Source: Candidatus Saccharimonadales bacterium (GTDB taxonomy: Bacteria > Patescibacteriota > Saccharimonadia > Saccharimonadales > Saccharimonadaceae). From it: 64,000 nt of DNA. The position numbers were made by a program, and so were the translations under genes. The notes under the pieces were generated by a model. The model worked only from the letters and a program-made list of their open reading frames with translations, searched no databases and had not been told where the DNA came from. This document shows, one piece after another, positions 47,019 through 56,493 of the stretch (its first letter is position 1; each line of letters begins with the position of its first letter). The DNA is taken from assembly GCA_049298775.1 (NCBI GenBank), contig JBAQWG010000030.1, positions 7,490-71,489 of the forward strand, in the 5' to 3' direction.

Positions 47019-47040
47019 AGGTATTATTTGTGTAGATTTT

Positions 47041-49521
47041 TTATGATTCTTGTTCTTGGCGTCGGCGATATCCTGCAATAAACCACCATGCAGCACCAAT
47101 TACAGCTAGTGCGATGAGCCACCAGTACCATGCCAAACCAACAATGTTCCATGTACCGTCCGCATTCTTTGGCGTTGCCGTAGAACCTAGAATATCTTTA
47201 GCACCATTCTTGTCATCATTTTTTACAGGCGTTTTCTGTGTCTGTGCACCGAGTACGGCAGTATCGTCATTTGTTGTTACATCAACATTTGTAAAACCGT
47301 TACCTGCTATTGGAGTCTGTCCTACTGGTATTACAGATGTTGGAAGAAAAATTGTCGGTGTATTTGTTGCAGGAGTAACTGGTGCAGTATATGTAAAGAT
47401 AAAACTTTTCATCGTCTTATTACCCGCTGGATCAGTTGTCGTCAACTCGAAAGTATATGTACCATCCTCAGTTACAGTAAAGCTAGGTTGAGCGACATTC
47501 GGATTAGAAATCGTAACACCAGTCGTTGGGCCACTAGTTTGTGTCCATGAGTATGTAACGTCGCTTTCAGTAACATCTACTGATGGAGTGATGACGTTTA
47601 ATGATGTAGTGTAGCCTTGGATTTCAACTGTTGGACCAGTTTTGTCGATAATCACCGTTCCAAGTGCGCTTGGAACACTTCGATTTCCGGCTGCATCAAT
47701 CGCAACAACTCGGTAATACAGTGTGTGCTCACCAGTCCATGAGTTACCTACAGTTTGAGTTTTTTCGTTAACAGGATGTGTAATGATCCAATACGATGCA
47801 GTGTTGCCGTTGGCATCAGCGTTTGCCTCAGCAAGGCTCAAATACTCACGATATTCGTAGTGGTCAACATCTACATCATTATGTGTCCACGTTGCCTGCG
47901 CATCAGGGATTGAGCCATTTACTGTTACGGGACTATTCGAAAGTTCTGGAGCTAATACTGGAGCATCCGTATCATAAGTGACACTATAGGTATCACTACA
48001 ACCAGAATTATTACCAGCTGCATCTACAGCCTCAACACAGAAGAAATATGTACCTTGTTTGTCACTAAAATCAGTCGGAACATTACCGCCATCGGCAGTC
48101 TTCACGACATAGCTGTAGCTGTCAGACCATGGATTATTTGCATCGTCCTGGTAACCGGCAATGTTCGTCCAAAACTTATAGACATAATGGTCAACATCGC
48201 TAGGATTCGCAGCTTTCCAACTCAGGGTACCAATCTTTGAGTTAGTAGCACCACCGCTCGCAACATGTCCATTCGTGCCAGTCCAGCTTAGATTCTGCGG
48301 CTTATTTGGTGCATTGTTATCTACATAGAACGTTCGAAGCGCACTACCCCAAACGCCGCTACCATCTAGGAATTGAGCCGAAAGTACATATTTGCCGTCA
48401 GGTAGCGTATTCGTATCGATAGGCGCACACGTGATATCTTTTGACTCGCCTAGAAGATATGCACCCGGAGCAGACGAGCAATTATTGACCACAAGATTAG
48501 CAGGACCTGATTCAAATGCATTTTTCCATAGACGAATATAGTAGCTGCCCATTCCGTAATCATCTGTTGCGATTACGCGAGGATTAATTATTCCATGAAC
48601 ATAACTATCAGCCGCAGGTGTCGAACCAGCAAAGTTGACTGTTGGTGCCACATTAGCCGGAGTAGCTGTAATTTTCATCGCAACTGTGCCATATGGGACC
48701 CAGGTAGTTGATTTACGAAAAATACCCGTTGGGCCACCGTCAGTATGATTATCAAGGCTACTGTAACCACCTATCCAAGTTGAGTTTGTGACGACGCCGT
48801 CAGTGTCTTTGTCACTGCCTATCAAAACCGACTGGCTTGTTGGGACCGCAACGTTGAGTGAGTTATACGGTCCAGCAACTCCTGTTGGATTATAGCCGTG
48901 ATGTTGCGTATTATACGTAACACTGACAACGACATCATCTGGAAGTGTTACATGAAGACTACTGAGATCAAATACAGCGTTTGATGCTATACCGCTGTAG
49001 TCATAACAAGTACCATCAACTTTCCATCCAGTGCCGTTTGATGTCGGCGCACAATCAGGATCGCTTGCAGGACGCCAAAGTATCGACTGGTCCTGGGTGA
49101 TACTTGCAATCTTATGTGTCGGAGTACCGCTAGCATTAAATTGATTGTCGTATACGTTCAATGTTACTGGCAGATTCCAACTTGTACTGTTGCTGTTATA
49201 GAGTGGGTTTGATGCATAATCAGCAAACTTTGCCCAGTTACTCATTGTGACCGTAACCTTATTTAACACACGATTAGAGCCACCTAGATGAATATAATCA
49301 CCAAATTCAGATGTCGATGTTGCCTCAAATGCCTGGCTCGGATAATTAACTGCCGGTGATGTATTTGGTAGGGCATCATATACAAGTTCTGATGACGCAA
49401 CAGCACTCGCCTTCTGAGACAAAATAAACGGCACACTCGCCGATACACTGCTCAGGACCAGACAAAACGCCATAGTCGCATTAAAAATTTTTTGACTTAA
49501 TTTTTTCCTCGCAATTTTCAC
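47041..49521 (-). CDS. large cell-surface protein: signal peptide, three FN3-like modules, C-terminal TM anchor
   Basis: Signal peptide (...SQKASA). Repeated module ends FCVEAVDAAGNNS / YYRVVAIDAAGNRS / FELTTTDPAGNKT and DVDHY.Y motifs. C-terminus WYWWLIALAVIGAAWWFIAGYRRRQEQES. GTG start with AGGAG. Confidence 0.7.
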   Translation of the reverse strand: MKIARKKLSQKIFNATMAFCLVLSSVSASVPFILSQKASAVASSELVYDALPNTSPAVNYPSQAFEATSTSEFGDYIHLGGSNRVLNKVTVTMSNWAKFADYASNPLYNSNSTSWNLPVTLNVYDNQFNASGTPTHKIASITQDQSILWRPASDPDCAPTSNGTGWKVDGTCYDYSGIASNAVFDLSSLHVTLPDDVVVSVTYNTQHHGYNPTGVAGPYNSLNVAVPTSQSVLIGSDKDTDGVVTNSTWIGGYSSLDNHTDGGPTGIFRKSTTWVPYGTVAMKITATPANVAPTVNFAGSTPAADSYVHGIINPRVIATDDYGMGSYYIRLWKNAFESGPANLVVNNCSSAPGAYLLGESKDITCAPIDTNTLPDGKYVLSAQFLDGSGVWGSALRTFYVDNNAPNKPQNLSWTGTNGHVASGGATNSKIGTLSWKAANPSDVDHYVYKFWTNIAGYQDDANNPWSDSYSYVVKTADGGNVPTDFSDKQGTYFFCVEAVDAAGNNSGCSDTYSVTYDTDAPVLAPELSNSPVTVNGSIPDAQATWTHNDVDVDHYEYREYLSLAEANADANGNTASYWIITHPVNEKTQTVGNSWTGEHTLYYRVVAIDAAGNRSVPSALGTVIIDKTGPTVEIQGYTTSLNVITPSVDVTESDVTYSWTQTSGPTTGVTISNPNVAQPSFTVTEDGTYTFELTTTDPAGNKTMKSFIFTYTAPVTPATNTPTIFLPTSVIPVGQTPIAGNGFTNVDVTTNDDTAVLGAQTQKTPVKNDDKNGAKDILGSTATPKNADGTWNIVGLAWYWWLIALAVIGAAWWFIAGYRRRQEQES

Positions 49522-49661
49522 ACAACACTCCTGTTATTCTGCCCAAACGGCCCACTTCCGTTCGAACTAATTCTCTATAATCACTTCTAGATTAGCATTA
49601 ACTGAGTAATTTGACAATACCCAATTAAATATTGCTTTGATAACTTTGCAAGCTTGTTATG

Positions 49662-50057
49662 TTATTCGTTTTTATCGGAAGAATTAGATTGCAGCTTTTC
49701 CATGTGAGCGTGATTAAGACCATAATAATGAGCGATCTCATGCCATAGTGTCCGTTTGATTTGCTCGAATAATTCCGCTTCATTATTAACCACACGCAAT
49801 ATAGAATGTTTGAAAAGTGTGATTTTATCCGGCAATACAAACGTATACCCTGCTCCGCGTTGTGTCAGCGGTATACCTTCATACAGTCCTAGCAAGATCG
49901 TATGCTCACGCAGCTTCATCTTAATTTTTTGTTCGTCTGTCGGTTCGTCAGCCATGACAATAGCCACATTCTCCAGGCCCGTTATATACTCCTGCGGCAG
50001 TTCATCCATAGCACGCGTAATGAGTGCGTCAAATCGTTCGTCGGTCAAATCATACAT
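49662..50057 (-). CDS. small zincin-like metallopeptidase family protein (PF06262/DUF1025-like)
   Basis: 131 aa with C-terminal HExxH (TLWHEIAHYYG). TATTAT-N8 precedes ATG 50057. Confidence 0.65.
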   Translation of the reverse strand: MYDLTDERFDALITRAMDELPQEYITGLENVAIVMADEPTDEQKIKMKLREHTILLGLYEGIPLTQRGAGYTFVLPDKITLFKHSILRVVNNEAELFEQIKRTLWHEIAHYYGLNHAHMEKLQSNSSDKNE

Positions 50058-50073
50058 AACTATCTATAATAAT

Positions 50074-50283
50074 CTATTCGTTACTAAACTTCGACCAATC
50101 AGGGTCTTTTTTTATATCTTCAACAATCGCGTTCCAATGACTCACTAGTTCCTCTGCCGGCATGTCATCAAGCGTCCGAAAGGCATCAGCCTCTTTACGT
50201 TCAGCGTCAATTTCATCAGCAAGTCCATTAGCAAGTGGATCAGGTGTCGTGAATCGAATAGTTTTGCGGTGGAATAAACTCAT
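50074..50283 (-). CDS. hypothetical small acidic protein (69 aa)
   Basis: ORF only. Confidence 0.4.
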   Translation of the reverse strand: MSLFHRKTIRFTTPDPLANGLADEIDAERKEADAFRTLDDMPAEELVSHWNAIVEDIKKDPDWSKFSNE

Positions 50284-50363
50284 ATATATTTGTTTTAGTT
50301 GGTTATAAAACTATATTAGCATAAGTTTTATAAATAGTCAACTAAGGTGTATACTTAACATAT

Positions 50364-50801
50364 ATGCTTGGATTTAATCACGTACTCGCCGGCTCGATTA
50401 TCGCAGTCATCACTCCAGCTCCCCTCGTACCAGTCGTAGCACTTGCTAGTCACTTCATTCTCGATCTTAGTCCCCATTCTGGAGATAGTGAAACCAGATA
50501 TGCGTATAGCAAGTTATTTAAAGTTCAACTAGTCATCGATGCTCTACTATGTATAGCTTCACTAGGGCTTGCCATGTGGCTCTTCCCAGATAAGTGGTTT
50601 ATTGCCGGAGTTGGTGCATTTTTTGGTATATTACCAGACTTTTTATGGGTCATGTGGCATAAAGGCCCGAAATGGCTCGATAAATTTCTCGATTGGGCAA
50701 ATTGGATTCAATGGGGTGAGCGTCCGTATGGCTGGATGTTTGATGCGTTCTACGGGATGCTAATGATTTTAGCCCTACTCAAACTGTCTGGAAATCTCTA
50801 G
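50364..50801 (+). CDS. hypothetical membrane protein (possibly YdjM/DUF457-like membrane-bound hydrolase)
   Basis: 145 aa, 4 hydrophobic segments, ASHFILDLSPH motif. The family call is weak. Confidence 0.4.
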   Translation: MLGFNHVLAGSIIAVITPAPLVPVVALASHFILDLSPHSGDSETRYAYSKLFKVQLVIDALLCIASLGLAMWLFPDKWFIAGVGAFFGILPDFLWVMWHKGPKWLDKFLDWANWIQWGERPYGWMFDAFYGMLMILALLKLSGNL

Positions 50802-50805
50802 ACTA

Positions 50806-53667
50806 TTACGACTTCTTCAACGACAATTCCATCTCACTATCTTCAACCTTCACTTTTGTCTGGTATTCGTATACTGCTTCGGTAATGTCATTAGCCAATG
50901 TCTCGGTCTTGATGGTATCTACGTGCTCATTAATAGCTTTTGTTAAATCCTTATCAGAAGTAGATAAACTGAGCGTAATTCGATCATCAACATTTAGACC
51001 AGCCTCCTTACGAGCTGCCTGAACGTGACGAATCACTTCGCGCACTAAACCTTCTCGTTTCAATTCAGGGGTGATTTCAAAATCTAGAACTAAATCTTTA
51101 CCCTGAATGACTTTCTTAACGTTAAGCTCTTCTGTCAAAATATCTTCAAAATTCACAAATTTACCGAGTGTCGGAACAGTTACGCTCGCCAAGGGCTGAC
51201 GAATCTTGACTCTTTCTTTAGCACGAAGACTCAATGCTTGATTGACGTAATCACGAACTGTTTCCATATCAGTAACAACCAGCTCATTAATATGTCCAGT
51301 CTCAGGCCAATCAAGTAAATGAACACTCTCGCCACTAGTTAATTTCTGGTACAGTTCCTCTGCCAAAAATGGCGTGAATGGCGCCAATATCATGCTTAGC
51401 TGAACCAAAGTGTAGTGCAAAGTACGGTAGGCATTATTTTTATCAGCGTCATCTTCACTCTTCCAGAAACGCCGACGACTGCGACGAACATACCAGTTGC
51501 TTGCGTCTTCAATGAATGGCAAAATTGGTTTCATGGCACTTGGAAGATCATATACATCCATATATTTTTCAACTTCTTGAGTAAGCTGATGAACGCGGCT
51601 CACAATCCACTGATCTAGCGGATTTTCTAATGAGTCGCTTGGGTCTTCTAATTTTCCATCAAACTCCCATCCATCAACTTCGGCGTACATAGTAAAGAAA
51701 TCGTACATATTCCAAACCATCGTCAGTTTGCGGGCCACATCGCCAACGTCCTTATCGAGCAGAGAAAAATCTTCGCCATTCAGTACTGGCGAACTAAGTA
51801 AAAGAAACCTCAAACTATCAGCAGAAAACTTATCCATTAACTCATTTGGGTCAGTAAAGTTACCAAATGATTTACTCATCTTGCGACCATCATTACCGGC
51901 TAGTGTTCCAGTAGTAATAACGTTTTTAAAGGCATTACGGCCAAACAAGCCGACATTAACTGCATGAACGTAATAGAACCAAGCCCGCACTTGCCCGACA
52001 TATTCTACGATGAAGTCACCTGGGAAATTGGCTTCAAACTTTTCGACGTTTTCAAAGGGATAATGGAACTGAGCAAACGGCATACTGCCACTTTCGAACC
52101 AACAGTCAATGACTTTGTCTATGCGTTTGTAATGCACGCCGTCGAAGTCAAATTCGATTTCATCAACCCATGGTCGGTGGTAATCTTCGAGTTCCACGCC
52201 GCTCAATTCCTTGAGTTCCGCATAACTACCAATGACTTTTATATGTTCCTTGCCGTCATCGTCAACGCCCTTCCATACCGGCATAGCCGTCGCCCAAAAA
52301 CGATCGCGTGACAAGTTCCAATCAGGAGCTGTTTCAATAGTTTTTTCGAATCGCCCATGTTTGATATGTGCCGGAAACCAGTTGATATGTTCGTTGTTCT
52401 GCTCCAGCATCTCAGTCCGCTGACCATCAATATCCATGAACCAGCTAGGATGCGCGCGGTACATGATGCGATTGCCGTTGCGAAGGTTGTGTGGATACTC
52501 ATGCTGGATGTAGTCGATCTTCCAGACTGTTCCACGCTCTTTGAGCGTCTTGGCAATCGTCTTGTTGATTTCCCAGACGTTTTCGCCCTTCCAATCGCCT
52601 TCGGTATACATGCCGTACTCATCAAGCACATGAACAACCGGAATTTTGTTCAGTTTTGCCAAGTCAAAGTCTTCTTCGCCATACGCAGGCGCAATATGGA
52701 CGATTCCTGTACCGGAGTCTATCGTCACGTACTCTGCTGCCCAAATCTTATGCGCATTTTTGCCACGGTCGTCAAATAGTGGCTCATAGCTCTCGCCCAC
52801 GAGTTCTTCACCCTTCAACTCTCGAATGACTCGATACTCTAGCACGTTGTGCTTTTCATCCGTAAATACTTTATCGGCGAGGTCTTTTGCAACGATAAAG
52901 CGCTCTCCCCCGACTTCTACTTCGATATAATCAAGATCTTTGTTGACAGCAAGCGCGGTATTGGCCGGCAGTGTCCAGGGGGTTGTTGTCCAAGCTAGGA
53001 TACTGACGTCCTTTCCGACGAGTTTGAATTTCACATACACGCTCGGATCAGTCACGACCTGATATGCACCAGCGTCCATCGTCACTTCGGCCTTACTGAG
53101 TGGTGTCGCCCATTTTGTGTCATACATGAGCACCTTTTCGCCTTCGTAAATCTTGCCCTTTTCATACAACGACTTAAACGCCCACCAGACAGATTCCATG
53201 TAATCTTTGTCCATGGTTTTGTAGGCACCCTTGAAATCAACCCAACGGCCGATTCGATCAATTGTCGACTCCCATAAACCACCAGTCTGGATCATACTTT
53301 CACGCGCTGTTGTAATGTATTCAGCCAAACTAATTTTAGTTCCAATGTCATGACGGTCTGTAATGCCTAGTTTTTTCTCAACGAAATTCTCAGCCGGCAG
53401 CCCATGCGTATCCCAACCCCAGACTCGCTCAACATGCTTGCCCTTCATTGTTTGATAGCGCGGAACGGCATCTTTAACTATGCTCGAAAGTAATGTGCCA
53501 TGATGCGGAACACCAGTGATGAAGGGAGGGCCATCGTAAAAGACAAAAGAATTATCAATCGGTCTCTGCTCAACCGACTTTTCAAATGTCTTATGTTCTT
53601 TCCAGTACTCAACGAGTGCCTTTTCATACTCTAACGCTCGTCGCCTAGTATTTGCTTTAAATTTCAT
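50806..53667 (-). CDS. ileS: isoleucyl-tRNA synthetase (type 2-like, no C-terminal zinc finger)
   Basis: FYDGPPFITGVPHHGTLL (HIGH region), CP1 editing insertion, GRKMSKSFGN (KMSKS); 953 aa. Confidence 0.93.
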   Translation of the reverse strand: MKFKANTRRRALEYEKALVEYWKEHKTFEKSVEQRPIDNSFVFYDGPPFITGVPHHGTLLSSIVKDAVPRYQTMKGKHVERVWGWDTHGLPAENFVEKKLGITDRHDIGTKISLAEYITTARESMIQTGGLWESTIDRIGRWVDFKGAYKTMDKDYMESVWWAFKSLYEKGKIYEGEKVLMYDTKWATPLSKAEVTMDAGAYQVVTDPSVYVKFKLVGKDVSILAWTTTPWTLPANTALAVNKDLDYIEVEVGGERFIVAKDLADKVFTDEKHNVLEYRVIRELKGEELVGESYEPLFDDRGKNAHKIWAAEYVTIDSGTGIVHIAPAYGEEDFDLAKLNKIPVVHVLDEYGMYTEGDWKGENVWEINKTIAKTLKERGTVWKIDYIQHEYPHNLRNGNRIMYRAHPSWFMDIDGQRTEMLEQNNEHINWFPAHIKHGRFEKTIETAPDWNLSRDRFWATAMPVWKGVDDDGKEHIKVIGSYAELKELSGVELEDYHRPWVDEIEFDFDGVHYKRIDKVIDCWFESGSMPFAQFHYPFENVEKFEANFPGDFIVEYVGQVRAWFYYVHAVNVGLFGRNAFKNVITTGTLAGNDGRKMSKSFGNFTDPNELMDKFSADSLRFLLLSSPVLNGEDFSLLDKDVGDVARKLTMVWNMYDFFTMYAEVDGWEFDGKLEDPSDSLENPLDQWIVSRVHQLTQEVEKYMDVYDLPSAMKPILPFIEDASNWYVRRSRRRFWKSEDDADKNNAYRTLHYTLVQLSMILAPFTPFLAEELYQKLTSGESVHLLDWPETGHINELVVTDMETVRDYVNQALSLRAKERVKIRQPLASVTVPTLGKFVNFEDILTEELNVKKVIQGKDLVLDFEITPELKREGLVREVIRHVQAARKEAGLNVDDRITLSLSTSDKDLTKAINEHVDTIKTETLANDITEAVYEYQTKVKVEDSEMELSLKKS

Positions 53668-53866
53668 GTTAATCCTTTCAAAATAAAAATCACTTCTTTT
53701 GTCTGTCAGAACCCGAACATTAATTCAGGCGTTACCATCTGACTTCCAAAAGAAGTGATTCTTTTAGCTCTTAGTTGCGTGATCTGACGCGTCACTTACG
53801 TTGGGTTCTACTTGGTTATACCGTTCTTCCCAAGGCTTGCGGGTGATAATCGCTCAATTGCCTCTG
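53668..53866 (-). promoter_or_regulatory. T-box-like riboswitch leader of ileS (candidate)
   Basis: Minus strand: GUCAGA (53738-53743), bulge UGGUAAC (53731-53737), GCCUGAA (53724-53730), loop UUAAUG, UUCGGGU (53711-53717), UCUGAC (53705-53710). This is the antiterminator A1 / 7-nt bulge / A2 layout (consensus bulge UGGNACC). A 14-bp outer helix (53747-53760 with 53688-53701) and a U-run follow. Confidence 0.55.
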
Positions 53867-53872
53867 TTAATC

Positions 53873-53881
53873 ATTATACCA
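53873..53881 (-). promoter_or_regulatory. extended -10 (TGGTATAAT) of the ileS leader
   Basis: Complement reads ttTGGTATAATgatt, directly after the VKOR stop codon (53889). Confidence 0.55.
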
Positions 53882-53888
53882 AACTTAT

Positions 53889-54512
53889 CTATGCAAACAA
53901 GCTGTCACCGAATTTAAGAAACACGAGTGCGACAAGAAAGACAATCCAGATTGCAAAAGCCAACTTGTCAAAATCCTTCGCAAGAAAACGTTCAATTTTT
54001 TTATTCACTTTGTCATTAAAGTGAAAAGTATTATGTTGCAAATTGTAATGGGTAATAGTTGCCGTAAGTATCGTCATGCTGAACGTAACTACCAAGCACC
54101 AAGGACAGAGTACCTGAATTGCGTAAACACTACTGAAAAATAGCCAGTAGGAAAATAAGGTCCAAAATACATAGCCGATTTGAGCACCAATCAAAAACCA
54201 CCTCGGAAACTTCACATTAGATAGTCCTAGTAGAGCAATCATAATAACCATAGGAAAGCCCATCAGGCCTATAAACATATTAGGAAAGCCAAACACCGAT
54301 GCCTGCCACGTCTTCATCACTGTTGCGCAGTTAAGTACAAGGTTAAATGAGCAACTAAGAAGTGAGTCTGGGTTCTTCAGAAGATGAATCTCTTCGACAG
54401 ATAACACAAATGACGCCGCTAAGCCAATAATGCCAAAAACAAGCATTGTCGCAAACGTCCATTTGTGCGATAGTTTTTCCTTTTTATCTTTTCCGAATAA
54501 TTTAGAGAACAT
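53889..54512 (-). CDS. vitamin K epoxide reductase (VKOR) family membrane protein
   Basis: Loop cysteines (LLSCSFNLVLNCATV) and active-site CPWC in TM4 (VLCPWCLVV); 207 aa. Confidence 0.8.
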   Translation of the reverse strand: MFSKLFGKDKKEKLSHKWTFATMLVFGIIGLAASFVLSVEEIHLLKNPDSLLSCSFNLVLNCATVMKTWQASVFGFPNMFIGLMGFPMVIMIALLGLSNVKFPRWFLIGAQIGYVFWTLFSYWLFFSSVYAIQVLCPWCLVVTFSMTILTATITHYNLQHNTFHFNDKVNKKIERFLAKDFDKLAFAIWIVFLVALVFLKFGDSLFA

Positions 54513-54762
54513 AATAACTTACCTCATCTATTGTTGGTAGCGGTAACCCCCGCCACATATTTCTCATTTTACCATCTTCGTTCGTTGCAATGATAGTTGG
54601 ATATTCAACGACATCATAAAGGTTACAAATCTCTACTCCATCTCTAGTATCAGGATTGACCACATCAATTGCCCTCGCCGTTCGTCGTTGAAAGTCGCGC
54701 AAATATTCATCAACAATACGAGCATGTTCACTCATCGGCTTATATACAATCATCACACTCAT
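54502..54762 (-). CDS. small thioredoxin/glutaredoxin-fold-like protein without CxxC
   Basis: 86 aa: MIVYKP-MSEH... where NrdH/Grx carry CxxC, then VVEYPTIIA (cis-Pro position). Overlaps nrdR (4 nt) and VKOR (11 nt). The fold call is inference. Confidence 0.4.
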   Translation of the reverse strand: MSVMIVYKPMSEHARIVDEYLRDFQRRTARAIDVVNPDTRDGVEICNLYDVVEYPTIIATNEDGKMRNMWRGLPLPTIDEVSYYVL

Positions 54763-55211
54763 TGCGTATCCTTGCGCCGCGCTGCTAATATTGATTCAAA
54801 TTCATCAAGTGTCTTAAATTCATGATATACGCTAGCAAAGCGAACATATGCAACTTCATTCGTCTTCGCTAATTCATCGAGCACTAATTCACCAATAGTT
54901 TTAGACGGTACTTCAGACTCACCGAGAGCATAAAGACCATCCTCTACCTGGTTAACAATCTTTTCAATCTCTACCTCATTAGCAAAAAACTTCCCTACCG
55001 AACGACGAATTGCCGTCATCAATTTTTCTCGGTCAAAAAGCTCTCTAGTGCCGTCTTTTTTGACGACAGCTAAATTTGGTTTTTCAATACGCTCATAGGT
55101 CGTGAATCGCTTGCCATCAGGTGTTTCACGGCGACGACGAATAGTAACACCGTCACCAACCTCGCGTGATTCAATAACGCGACTATCTCCGATGTTGATT
55201 TGAGCACTCAC
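54759..55211 (-). CDS. nrdR: transcriptional repressor NrdR with ATP-cone, zinc-ribbon cysteines all absent
   Basis: DSRVIESREVGDGVTIRRRRE....KRFTTYE ... KKDGTRELFDREKL ... VPSKTIGELV...L......VAYVRFASVYHEF aligns with E. coli NrdR. The CxxC...CxxC positions read SAQI...TPDG. Confidence 0.85.
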   Translation of the reverse strand: MSAQINIGDSRVIESREVGDGVTIRRRRETPDGKRFTTYERIEKPNLAVVKKDGTRELFDREKLMTAIRRSVGKFFANEVEIEKIVNQVEDGLYALGESEVPSKTIGELVLDELAKTNEVAYVRFASVYHEFKTLDEFESILAARRKDTQ

Positions 55212-55220
55212 GCTTTACCC

Positions 55221-56429
55221 CTAAGACTCGCCCTCAGATTTATTATGCTTTTTACGTCGGCGCAAGAATGCCGGAGTATCTGACTCATCTTCCTCTTCAG
55301 TGGGCGTATCCCATATATTACGTGTTGGCTCAGAGGCAAAACTCGCTTCAGGATCAACAGTATCGAGATTCATGTCCACACTATTTACAGCCTCATCACT
55401 TACATCATTAGCCTCAACCTGATGCACATTATTAGCCTGAGGATTAAGTGAAACTTCCTTTTGATGGAAAAACTCGCTATCAAAACCAGTAGCGATAACT
55501 GTAATAATCAGCTCATCCTCAAGTTCAGGTTTAAGTGTCGCACCAAAAATAATATTAGCATCTGGAGAAACAGCACTTGTAATAATTTCTGCCGCCTCTT
55601 GAATTTCAGACATTGACATGTCATATCCACCAGTGACATTGAATAGAACGCCCTTAGCACCGTCAATTGAGACTTCGATGAGAGGTGACTCAATGGCTTG
55701 TTGCGCGGCCTGCGACGCACGATCATCACCACTAGCCCGACCTATACCCATAAGTGCGCTACCGGCATTGCTCATAATCGCCTTAACGTCTGCAAAGTCG
55801 AGATTGATAAGTCCGTGCTCGGTAATAAGTTCTGATATACCCTGAACACCCTGGCGTAATACGTCATCAGCAATTTTAAAGGTCTCAAGTAGCGGAGTTC
55901 GGCGATCAATCGTCTGCAAAAGCCTATCGTTTGGAATCGTAATAAGCGTATCAACTTGACGACCGAGTTGATTAATTGCCCAGTCGGCATTCACACGACG
56001 TTTTTCACCTTCGAAGCTAAACGGCTTAGTTGCAACACCAACAACAAGAATACCCATTTCACGAGCTATTTCAGCAACAACATGACCAGCACCACTTCCG
56101 GTACCGCCTCCAGCACCGATTGTGACAAATACCATATCAGCACCTTCGAGTGCACCTTCTATTTCTTTACGAGATTCATTTGCGGCCGCTTCACCAACTG
56201 ATGGATCTGCACCCGCACCAAGTCCACCTGTCGTAGATTTACCGAGGTGAATCTTAGTGTCTGCCTTACTATTATGAAGAGCCTGGGCATCCGTATTCAT
56301 TGCAATAAACTGCACGCCAGACAAGCCAGCATCTTTCATTCGATTAATTGCACTTCCGCCGGCTCCGCCAACGCCGACAACTTTTATGCTCGCAAACGTC
56401 TGAATTTCGCTCGGTGTTACTTCTGGCAT
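55221..56429 (-). CDS. ftsZ: cell division protein FtsZ
   Basis: [13 protein letters not shown], tubulin signature [17 protein letters not shown]-terminal acidic linker plus basic tail. Confidence 0.97.
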   Translation of the reverse strand: MPEVTPSEIQTFASIKVVGVGGAGGSAINRMKDAGLSGVQFIAMNTDAQALHNSKADTKIHLGKSTTGGLGAGADPSVGEAAANESRKEIEGALEGADMVFVTIGAGGGTGSGAGHVVAEIAREMGILVVGVATKPFSFEGEKRRVNADWAINQLGRQVDTLITIPNDRLLQTIDRRTPLLETFKIADDVLRQGVQGISELITEHGLINLDFADVKAIMSNAGSALMGIGRASGDDRASQAAQQAIESPLIEVSIDGAKGVLFNVTGGYDMSMSEIQEAAEIITSAVSPDANIIFGATLKPELEDELIITVIATGFDSEFFHQKEVSLNPQANNVHQVEANDVSDEAVNSVDMNLDTVDPEASFASEPTRNIWDTPTEEEDESDTPAFLRRRKKHNKSEGES

Positions 56430-56493
56430 CGCTGTTCCCTCGTATTATTACTATCTAGTATATCATTCATATGTATAAATTAAACTAGACAAA

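Noticed and set aside
49540-49575. GTTCGAA-containing sequence that looks like a tRNA T-loop
   Set aside because: The flanking bases cannot form a 5-bp T-stem, and no acceptor or anticodon arms are present on either strand. I saw no tRNA anywhere in the window.
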